Assembly (NCBI GenBank): GCA_963847185.1
Contig: CAWJYV010000010.1
Coordinates: forward strand, 512,001-576,000
DNA from: an uncultured Methanosarcinaceae archaeon
GTDB lineage: Archaea > Halobacteriota > Methanosarcinia > Methanosarcinales > Methanosarcinaceae
Direction: 5' to 3'
DNA length: 64,000 nucleotides
The position numbers were made by a program, and so were the translations under genes. The notes below the pieces were generated by a model. It worked only from the letters and a program-made list of their open reading frames with translations, was not told the DNA's origin and made no database searches. Position 1 is the stretch's first letter, and each line of letters starts with the position of its first letter. This document shows, piece after piece, positions 55,921 through 64,000 of the stretch.

Positions 55921-56373
55921 ATGATTCAAAATTACAGTGTTCGAGATTGCAGAATTAGAAATTACAGGGAAACAGATCTTGATGAGATGGTGAAGATCTG
56001 GTACGATGCCTCAATTATAGCCCACTCCTTCATTCCGGCTTCTTTCTGGGCTTCGCAAAAAAATGCAATGAAGGAGAGGTATCTTCGATCTACAGAAAAC
56101 TTTGTTTTCGAAGAAAACGGGCGGGTTTCAGGATTTATTTCCCTTGCCGGAGATAAGGTATGTGCTCTCTTCGTTGAGCCGGAAATGCAGGGCAAAGGAA
56201 TCGGCAGAGCTCTTCTGGAGCATGCAAAAAATCTGAAAGGAAGGCTCTCTCTCATGGTCTATAGAGAAAACAAAAAAGCCATCTGTTTTTATAAAAAATG
56301 CGGCTTTGTTGAAGTCAATGAAGAAGTTGATGAGTTTACGGGCTGCATGCAGATACTTGTGGAATGGAAATGA
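55921..56373 (+). CDS. GNAT N-acetyltransferase (YjaB-like)
   Basis: AHSFIP, ALFVEPEMQGKGIGRALL, N..AICFYKKCGF. Confidence 0.9.
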   Translation: MIQNYSVRDCRIRNYRETDLDEMVKIWYDASIIAHSFIPASFWASQKNAMKERYLRSTENFVFEENGRVSGFISLAGDKVCALFVEPEMQGKGIGRALLEHAKNLKGRLSLMVYRENKKAICFYKKCGFVEVNEEVDEFTGCMQILVEWK

Positions 56374-56426
56374 AATTGTTTATTATTCTATTTGTTTCAT
56401 TAATCTAATAACTTGAGGACATTTTT

Positions 56427-57401
56427 ATGAGTCGTGGTGAAAATAGTGAAATTCAAGAAGACGAATTCTCTTTGTCTGAGTTGCTCGTGCCGGCTACAGC
56501 AGAAGAAAAAGCAATAAAAAGCCTGCAAGGAAATGAGTATAAATACGGCGATTATCTGGGGACAATTGAATATTCGATTGCCAGGTATTTTTATGAGGAT
56601 AACAGAGAAATAAAGGACAAAGATGCAGTATCAGCATTAAAAAATATCAGAAATAACTGCGACAAAAAAATCTCTTTTTTTGAGCAGGACCTTGAAAAAG
56701 AAATTATAGAAAACCTGCTAGACCTTCTTGAAAGCGAGCCAATAAGCCATCACGAGTTTGAACTGGCAATTGACTACGTTTTAGAGGTTATCGACAACCG
56801 TTCATGGATGGAAGATGAACAGGCTTACCTGAAGTGGGTTACTTACGTCATGGGGCTTTTCACGGAAGAAGAGAGTGAAGAGTATGAAAAGAGCGTCAAG
56901 AAGCTTGCCGCTAAACTGGGCCTGTCCAGCAAACACGCAGATCTCATGCTTTTGAAAGGAAGCGAGGATGATTATTTCGAATTCGTAGAAAATTACGGGA
57001 CAGATGACGGAGATGATGACGGGGAAGAGCTGACTGAAGAAGAGCTGATTGACGAAATGGAACGGAAGTTCCTTTCACTGCCAGATGCCGAAAAATTTGA
57101 TTTCCTGATGGAAAACGGTCCGGAGTTTTATGAACTTGTAGGCCTTTATATCTCAGAACTTTCAGAAAAAGGCGAGTTTGAAAGAATCCAGGAACTTTAC
57201 AGAAACCTTATTGAAAAATATGATGACTTCCTTTACCTGTATGTTTATATGGGAGGGGTCTACGTCGAGGCCGATCCTGCTCTTGCAAAATTCTATTTCG
57301 AAAAAGCCCTGAAAACCCTGGATAAACTCGATGACCTTTCGGACTCTACCAAAGAAGTGTTAAGAGCCAACTTCCTCGACCTGATAGCTAGAATAAAATG
57401 A
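56427..57401 (+). CDS. Acidic hypothetical protein, paralog A
   Basis: 324-aa ORF clearly similar to 57956..59059. Confidence 0.8.
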   Translation: MSRGENSEIQEDEFSLSELLVPATAEEKAIKSLQGNEYKYGDYLGTIEYSIARYFYEDNREIKDKDAVSALKNIRNNCDKKISFFEQDLEKEIIENLLDLLESEPISHHEFELAIDYVLEVIDNRSWMEDEQAYLKWVTYVMGLFTEEESEEYEKSVKKLAAKLGLSSKHADLMLLKGSEDDYFEFVENYGTDDGDDDGEELTEEELIDEMERKFLSLPDAEKFDFLMENGPEFYELVGLYISELSEKGEFERIQELYRNLIEKYDDFLYLYVYMGGVYVEADPALAKFYFEKALKTLDKLDDLSDSTKEVLRANFLDLIARIK

Positions 57402-57513
57402 CTATAACAAAGCAGAAATTCCACTATTTCAGCAGGCAGAAAAAGGTAATAAAGACCTGAAGGCGGATACGATCAATAAAAAACAAGACGGCATAATTAG
57501 AGCCGTCTTTAAC

Positions 57514-57735
57514 GTGTCCTGTCACGCTCGAAGAGCGGCCTTTCACGGCCGGCTTTACGGCGGACTCACAATCGAACAGATCAAATCCAAAATGGTCTCA
57601 GAAAGAAGAAATGAATTAATCGCTGAAACCTTCCATGAAATACACCTTATAGAAAAATGGGGTCGCGGAATAAACACTATCCTTACAAAAGATTTTGCCG
57701 GTAATATCACAAAAGAAGATGAAATTACAATGTAG
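57514..57735 (+). pseudogene. Fragment of an AlbA_2/HATPase_c_4 (RecG-C-terminal-like) ATP-binding protein
   Basis: GRLYGGLTIEQI...SERRNELIAETF....IEKWGRGI only; both ends missing. Confidence 0.7.
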
Positions 57736-57955
57736 ACTGCATCCAGACCATTTAAATTATTATATATAAATTATTATATACTAGCTTGATTTCAACTTAC
57801 TCCACAAAAATCCTGAGTTGTTCCTATCCGGCCCTGTTTTATAGTTGAAAAAACGAGCATGACTGAAGGAAAATCCCAGTTCAACCACGTAAAAATAAAT
57901 TACATTCATCCGTCCATGTCATTAGAAATCAATATAAATCAATAATCAGAGAGGA

Positions 57956-59059
57956 TTGTTTATGAGTCCTGACGATAACAATCAATTTGTTGAAGACGAT
58001 CTGTCCTTGTCCGAATTTTTAGTGCCGGAGACTCCTGAGATAAAGGAAATGAAAAGCATTTACGAGAATGAGTATGAGTACAGCGAATATCTGGGTGCAA
58101 TAGAGTTTGCGGTTGCCGATTATTACTATAACGAGAACCGTAAAGTAACGGACAAAGATGTAATAAATGCATTAAAAAATATAAAGCAGAACCGCGACAA
58201 GCCAATCAGTTTCTTTGAAAAATCCCTTGAAAAAGAAATTGTAAAAAACCTGGCCGAACCTCTTGAGGAAAACCTGCTTACCAACCATGAATTCACTCTT
58301 GTCCTTGACTATGTTTTGTGGGTCATTGAAAACAGATCCTGGCTGGAGGACAAACAGGCCTACGTGAAGTGGATCACGTACGCGCTTGACTTTTTTTCAG
58401 AGGAAGAAGAGAAAAAATACGAAAGCAAATTCAAAAAATTTGCACGTAAAGTGGGCGTATCCGGGGCTCAGGTTGAAATGCTCCTCATGAAAAGAGGTGC
58501 TGAAGATTTCCTCGACGATTTGGATTTTTTTGGAGAGGGGAGCTTATTTAAAGACCTGCCGTTAGAGGATATTTTTGAAAAGGACAGGGTAGCAGATGAC
58601 CTTGAAACCGGTTTCTTTTTAATGACCGATGACGAAAAATTTGATTTTCTGCTGGACAAAGGTACGGATTATATGGAACTTATGCAGGATTATCTTCTGG
58701 AACTTATGGATAAAGAAGACTTTGATAAAATCCAGGAATTTTACAAGAAGTTCAATGAAAAGCACAGAAACTTCTCTCCCCTTCAGATTATGGTTGGAAA
58801 CGTTTATGCTGAGAAAGATCCTGCTCTTGCAAAATCTTATTTTGATGAAGCCCTAAGATCCATACAGGAATCAAAAGAGTTCCCTGAGGAAATAAAAAAG
58901 GAACTGATGAGTCAGATTAACCATCTAGCAAGCCTTCTCTTTGAAGAATCCGCTGAAATAGTTGAGGAAAAAGCAAGTGAAGGCAAAAAAGGCAAAAAGA
59001 CAAGCAAAAGCGGAAGAAAAACTTCAACAAAGGATTCTGAAAGCAAAACAGATAATTAA
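57956..59059 (+). CDS. Acidic hypothetical protein, paralog B, with TPR-like C-terminal helices and basic tail
   Basis: Shares LSE.LVP, YLG.IE, DKDV..ALKNI, I.NRSW.ED.QAY.KW, EKFDFL, DPALAK.YF with paralog A. Confidence 0.8.
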   Translation: MFMSPDDNNQFVEDDLSLSEFLVPETPEIKEMKSIYENEYEYSEYLGAIEFAVADYYYNENRKVTDKDVINALKNIKQNRDKPISFFEKSLEKEIVKNLAEPLEENLLTNHEFTLVLDYVLWVIENRSWLEDKQAYVKWITYALDFFSEEEEKKYESKFKKFARKVGVSGAQVEMLLMKRGAEDFLDDLDFFGEGSLFKDLPLEDIFEKDRVADDLETGFFLMTDDEKFDFLLDKGTDYMELMQDYLLELMDKEDFDKIQEFYKKFNEKHRNFSPLQIMVGNVYAEKDPALAKSYFDEALRSIQESKEFPEEIKKELMSQINHLASLLFEESAEIVEEKASEGKKGKKTSKSGRKTSTKDSESKTDN

Positions 59060-59081
59060 TTCTTATTTTGTAACTATATAA

Positions 59082-59205
59082 TAATCCAGATTATCATATT
59101 TTTCAATTTTATGTAATCCTATTACAAATTTCTCAATTTTATGTTAATCCTGATTAGCATCTTCCTCAATTTTCATTAATCCAGATTAACATATTCTTTA
59201 ATCAT
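59082..59205. repeat. Four degenerate 31-32-bp tandem units, each with TAATC-N2-GATTA
   Basis: Units begin at about 59082, 59114, 59145 and 59177. Confidence 0.75.
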
Positions 59206-59904
59206 GCCGGTCCACCCGCAAGAACTTCAGTGCCAGTAATTTAATAGAAAACCCAAAATTTATAGAAAAGAAAACTTTTTCCTGATCATACGCCACCCAA
59301 CAATGTATAAGTGGATTACAAAGAGGGCAAGAAGAACAGATTTAACAAATCAAAAATAAAGAAGCAGTATTAGCTGCCCCATGTCGTTTTTGTCACGCTC
59401 GACGCAGGAGAGCGGTCTTTTCCGTGAAATCACAAAAGGGAAAGGCACAACTAAAAAGTAGCATGTTTTAATGAAATGAAAAGATCCACTCTGATATCTG
59501 TTTAAGTAAAAAATACATGAAATTAATAAAAACGATACGGGGAAAAGAAATTGGCTTCTGAAGCAAAATTCAAAGAAACCGGATCAGAATGATTCCGGAA
59601 GAATGGAATATTGGGTGATGTGTATGAGTCATTGAGAACGGAAGTATAAGATTCTCTTAATATTTTTCTCAAAGACGGAAAATGTACTCATTTTTCCGGA
59701 ATAGATTAATAACTGGTGTACATGATCACTTTTTAACATAGTTATTACTTCAGCATTTTTTAATTTCGAGACCCAGTCGATCTTACTTTTTAATTAAATC
59801 TCATAACTTTAGGTTAACGAGAAGCTTTTTTTGCCCGAGAATTTTGCGGTTTGCCTGAGATATGATTCTTATCAGAGATATGTAATTCAGGCATGCAACC
59901 AAAA

Positions 59905-59938
59905 TATTTAAATATAATGAATACTAACTATAGGGTAG
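59905..59938 (+). promoter_or_regulatory. hsp20 promoter: TATA box followed by an HSR1-like operator
   Basis: TATTTAAATA then CTAAC-TATAG-GGTAG, one mismatch to CTAAC-N5-GTTAG. Confidence 0.5.
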
Positions 59939-60336
59939 TAACTGAAGAACAATAACTATCTTACAGTAACTATCAAATAGTGACCGTAAGGTTATGTCCA
60001 TCAGTTATCTGTCAACCAATATGCGAACAGACAAAAGGCAAAAGTATACACCTCCGAAAAACGGATTTAGCCCCCCTATAAAAAGAGAGTATGGGAGTTT
60101 CAACTCTCATTTGCCATGCCTGTGAGAGGCGGAAAGTAAATTAAACAGGCTCTCACTCAGATCGTAGCCGGATCCCCGTGTCTTGCAGGCAGCTTTCTGT
60201 ATACTTAATCTAACTGGAAAAACTAAACAATAGAGTTTTCACCTTGCAATTTGAATCACATAAGAACCCAGGAAGGCCTGAAAAGCCCATGTTTTGACTC
60301 AGAAAAATCCTGGATAATACAAGGAGGAATATCTGC

Positions 60337-60795
60337 ATGAAATTACCAATAAAAAGACCATCTCGTGACGTATACAGTTGGGACCCGTTTGATGAAGTAA
60401 GAAGAATGCAGGATTACATGGAACAGATGTTCAGGACATTCCCTGCACTGGAAAGCCGGTTAGGAAGCGAAACCCTTTCCCCGCTAACAGATGTGGTGGA
60501 AGAAGGGGATAAGGTGCTTGTTACAACCGATCTGCCCGGAATTGACAAAGAAAACGTCGAGCTGAGCCTCAAAGATAATGTTCTTGTAGTCAGTGCGCAG
60601 AAAGGAAAAGAAGAAGAATCCGAAAAAGAAGGCTATCTCAGAAAAGAGAGATCTTTCATGCGCTATTACCGTGAAATCCCTCTTCCCGACAGCGTAACCG
60701 AAGAAGGGGCAACCGCTCAGCTCAAAAATGGGGTCTTAACAGTCACCCTGCCAAAAACAAAATTAGTTACTCAAAGGAAGATTCAGATTGAGTAA
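60337..60795 (+). CDS. Small heat-shock protein Hsp20
   Basis: WDPFDE, DLPGIDKENV, ERS..RY.REIPLP, A.LKNGVLTVTLPK; AGGAGG RBS. Confidence 0.96.
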   Translation: MKLPIKRPSRDVYSWDPFDEVRRMQDYMEQMFRTFPALESRLGSETLSPLTDVVEEGDKVLVTTDLPGIDKENVELSLKDNVLVVSAQKGKEEESEKEGYLRKERSFMRYYREIPLPDSVTEEGATAQLKNGVLTVTLPKTKLVTQRKIQIE

Positions 60796-60837
60796 TCTTA
60801 CACAAAGACCAGGTAAGCTTAAATGGCTAAAAGGGAT

Positions 60838-60883
60838 GCCTGCGGGCAAACTCAGAAAATCCTGATTGAGAAAGCCCGCAGGC
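60838..60883. terminator. GC-rich stem-loop between convergent hsp20 and AMMECR1 genes
   Basis: GCCTGCGGGC...GCCCGCAGGC perfect 10-bp stem with an inner CTCA/TGAG stem. Confidence 0.55.
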
Positions 60884-60971
60884 TGTTCTCAATTAGCTTC
60901 TCAACAAATATTTCAATTAACTTGTCAATAGGTAAAAATTTAAAAGTTTTCAATTGAATGCTTTCTATATT

Positions 60972-61580
60972 TTATTCACTTGAGTATTTTTCCTCAATAA
61001 CTTCTCCCTGTGGATCTTTTTCCTTGAATATCTGTCCTTCGAAACAGTGAACTTCAGCTCCTTTGAGCCAGGCATCCGGAGAAAGGCCGGCTTTCATGCA
61101 GGTATGCCCCAGAAAGTCAATAGGATCCATATTATTCTCAGGAGCAACCTGAGGTAGCAGAAGTCCCTGACAGTATCCCTGTTTTACAATGAGACCATGC
61201 TTTCCAATCTCTATAAGGTTGGGCAGCTCTTTTGGAGGGGCATTGATTTTTTCAGGAGGGGTAAGAATAGTTACCTCAACAACAATATTATCCAGCTCGT
61301 CTTCTTCCAGAGACGGAAACCGAGGGTCGTTAATCGCCGCAGAGATTGCAGAATCCATAATCGCCTCCTCAAGTGCGGAATCAGGAAAAGGATGTCCTAT
61401 ACAACCCCTTAAAAGTCCTTTTTCCGTGAGTGTGACGAAAACTCCCCTTTTCTCCTTGAAAACCGGCGAAAGCTCAAAACCTAATTCTTTAGCTTCCGGA
61501 AGTCTTTCCTCAGATAGGAACAACTCAATTGTCTTCCTTGCAAGTTTGACTGCATTTCTGCCTTCTGTTTCTGTAAGCAT
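60972..61580 (-). CDS. AMMECR1-family (TIGR00296) protein
   Basis: GVFVTL...LRGCIG, DPRF, GKHGL, GLLLPQV, KAGL. Confidence 0.93.
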   Translation of the reverse strand: MLTETEGRNAVKLARKTIELFLSEERLPEAKELGFELSPVFKEKRGVFVTLTEKGLLRGCIGHPFPDSALEEAIMDSAISAAINDPRFPSLEEDELDNIVVEVTILTPPEKINAPPKELPNLIEIGKHGLIVKQGYCQGLLLPQVAPENNMDPIDFLGHTCMKAGLSPDAWLKGAEVHCFEGQIFKEKDPQGEVIEEKYSSE

Positions 61581-61838
61581 GCTTGAACCAACACCTGTAT
61601 TTTAGGCCCTTTTAACTGTATTCTTTTAGGCCTGTGTTTGTAGTACCTGTAAAATTAGTCACTTAACTACGGATATTAACCAATAATAGCCATATTATCA
61701 GCTACCGGTTAATGACAATATGTGTATGAAACCGGTATAACAGTATGTTTATTGATCTGGTTAAAGTACGTTTCCTGAACATTATTTCTAAGAAACCAGA
61801 AGATGACTGGAAAACAAAAATGATTGGGGAACAAAAAC

Positions 61839-61985
61839 TACTAAGGGACCAGATAAATGAGAATCGGAAGCTTACTAAGGGACCAGATAAATGAGAATCG
61901 GAAGACTACTAAGGGATCAGATAAGTGGGAAGCGGAAGATTACTGAAGAATCAGATGAGTGAGAGGTCAAGTTACTAGAGAATCT
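61839..61985. repeat. 34-bp tandem repeat, about four copies decaying rightwards
   Basis: TACTAAGGGACCAGATAAATGAGAATCGGAAG.. at 61839, 61873, 61907 and 61941. Confidence 0.9.
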
Positions 61986-62082
61986 ACTAATGAGACCGAG
62001 TAAGAATCGAGTAAAAATCGAGTAGAAACCAAAATTCAAAAAATATAAAAAATGAAAAAGTTATTTTTTACAAAATAGATAG

Positions 62083-62103
62083 TCGGCAGGAAAGGACTGC
62101 CGA
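62083..62103 (-). terminator. Stem-loop downstream of pgk
   Basis: TCGGCAG-N7-CTGCCGA followed by T-rich sequence on the minus strand. Confidence 0.5.
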
Positions 62104-62179
62104 ATAGGACAATTTACTGTAAGTAGGATTTCAGGAATTATATCAGGAAGTACAATTCTTACCCCAAGAAGCACAAATC

Positions 62180-63418
62180 TTATAATTTTTTAGCTTCCTG
62201 ATATTTTTTAGCTGCAGCCTTTAGAGCCTCTACACCTGGAAGTTTTACCCCGGCAAGATAATCAATGCATGCTCCGCCACCTGTGCTGATGTGGGAAAAA
62301 CGGTGTTCAAGGCCCAGATGGGAAACTTCTGCCGAGATGTGCCCACCGCCAATAATCGAAAAATCAGATTTAATCGCAGCTTTTATTATTTCGTGGGTTC
62401 CAAGGGCAAAATCAGCAATCTCGGAAACACCCGCAGGGCCGTTTAAGATAACGGTCTTTGCATTTGCGATTTCATTGGTGAAGTCTACTATGGTTTCAAG
62501 TCCGATATCATTTATAGGAAGAGAATTCGAATTGAGTTCCGATACCTGCACTTCAACCCGCTTCTTATTATCGTTTAAGGCTACGTCCTTTGGAAGGCCA
62601 ACTTTGCCATTAAATCTCTCGAGTATACTTTTTGCCTTTTCTATCTGGTTTTCGTAACCCTGGGATTTAATGAAATCCATATTAGCTTTTCCGATGTCTA
62701 CTCCGGACGCTGCAAGAGCCACGTTTGCAATCACTCCTGTCAGGAGTACCCTGTCAGCCCCTCCTTTTGCAAGGACGTTTTCCGAGACTCTAAGAGAATC
62801 ATCCACCTTTGCTCCCCCGAGTACGAAAATAGTCGGGCTTTCTCCGCCTTTGACTCCTCTGTCAAGGGAAACAATCTCTTTTTCCATTACTCTCCCGGCT
62901 CCTGAAGGTAAAGCCTCAGTAAAACCTACTACGGAAAGGTGAGATCTGTGAGATACAGCAAAGGCATCGTTAAGGAAAATATCTACAAAAGGCTCAAGCT
63001 TCTTGACCGGGAAAGTCCTTGCTTGTTCTTCTGCTGGTCTTTCCAGGCTTTCTTCAGAATAGAACCTTACATTTTCAAGCAAAATGACATCACCGTTTTC
63101 CATAGAGGCGATCTGGGTCTTTGCATAAGTTCCGAAGATATCATCCACATAACGGACCTGTCTGCCCAGGTGTTTGGACATCAGGTGGGCGTGAGGTTTC
63201 ATTGTTGTGAAGTCTTTTTTCCCGGGCCTGCTCTGGTGCGCAAGTAAAACGACTTTAGAATTCTCCAGATCCTTTAAAGTGGCAATGTGGCTCCGGATAC
63301 GCATATCGTCCAGAATGTTGCCCTGGGGATCCATAGGAGAGTTCAGGTCAACTCTTACAAGAACTGTCTTTCCATCTGTGTCAAAATCATCGATCGTAAG
63401 AAAATTTCTAGAAGTCAT
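62180..63418 (-). CDS. pgk: Phosphoglycerate kinase
   Basis: RVDLNSP, AHQSRPG, LLENVRF, NDAFAVSHR, GGAKV, STGGGA. Confidence 0.98.
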   Translation of the reverse strand: MTSRNFLTIDDFDTDGKTVLVRVDLNSPMDPQGNILDDMRIRSHIATLKDLENSKVVLLAHQSRPGKKDFTTMKPHAHLMSKHLGRQVRYVDDIFGTYAKTQIASMENGDVILLENVRFYSEESLERPAEEQARTFPVKKLEPFVDIFLNDAFAVSHRSHLSVVGFTEALPSGAGRVMEKEIVSLDRGVKGGESPTIFVLGGAKVDDSLRVSENVLAKGGADRVLLTGVIANVALAASGVDIGKANMDFIKSQGYENQIEKAKSILERFNGKVGLPKDVALNDNKKRVEVQVSELNSNSLPINDIGLETIVDFTNEIANAKTVILNGPAGVSEIADFALGTHEIIKAAIKSDFSIIGGGHISAEVSHLGLEHRFSHISTGGGACIDYLAGVKLPGVEALKAAAKKYQEAKKL

Positions 63419-63686
63419 GTACCCTCAGCACACCTTTGTGAATAATTTATATATAGATTGATGAATATTAGCTGGATAATAACATCTTGGATAATTTTTT
63501 CTTTAAATAAATAATGATTATTTTGTCATGGAATTTTTTCCTTAAATAAGTTTGTTTTATTAAGCCTCATTTGATGGATTGTGATTTTTATAGGGAAATC
63601 TCTAAGAAAATGATTAACACTTCAACCCCTTTATCTTAGAAAAAAGACGTGCCATCAGGAAAAAATATTAAAGAAGGTAGAAAGCG

Positions 63687-64000
63687 ATGACATATGAAAA
63701 AGAAAAGCGCGGAGAATTTGAAGAGAGAGTCAGAACAATGGTGGAGGCCGGATATGAGACTGTCGCAAGGGAAGCAATAGCCTGTACTCGATGTCAACTC
63801 CATAAAAGTGCAATCAAAAGAGTAATAGGAAAGGGATCCTGCAATCCAAAAGTGTTCTTTATAGGAGAAGCGCCTGGTGAAAGTGAAAACAAGTCCGGAA
63901 TTCCATTCTATGGGAGGGCAGGAAAAAAACTGGACAAAATGATCGAATATATGGGACTTTCTGATGAGGATTGGATGGTAACCAATACTGTCAAATGTCA
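63687..64000 (+). CDS. Uracil-DNA glycosylase family 4 (partial, runs off the window)
   Basis: CTRCQLH, FIGEAPG..E..SGIPFYGRAGKKLD, TNTVKC. Confidence 0.9.
   Translation, partial: MTYEKEKRGEFEERVRTMVEAGYETVAREAIACTRCQLHKSAIKRVIGKGSCNPKVFFIGEAPGESENKSGIPFYGRAGKKLDKMIEYMGLSDEDWMVTNTVKC

Overview
Chromosomal window from a methanogenic archaeon, almost certainly Methanosarcina. This rests on a Methanosarcina-type S-layer (DUF1608) gene, archaeal RadA, class I CCA-adding enzyme, paired ADP-dependent sugar kinases and long AT-rich intergenic regions. About 55 genes are present: a cell-envelope/regulatory block (0.9-12.4 kb), sensory genes, glucan phosphorylase, a small accessory cluster, radA-coaD-nfo, cbiMNQO, the S-layer gene, cca, ogg, ADP-GK/PFK, argJ/argC, hsp20, pgk and a partial UDG. 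I found no rRNA, tRNA, CRISPR array or intact transposase. Many genes, including the essential cca, are broken by single-base indels, which most likely reflects sequencing or assembly error. The best leads are an uncharacterised envelope sensing/export module with structured leaders, a CbiO fused to a regulator-type domain, a possible two-state RNA element upstream of argC, an unannotated 56-aa ORF, and a tandem pair of unknown acidic proteins with a shared downstream hairpin. All calls come from reading the sequence and recalled family motifs; no searches were run.
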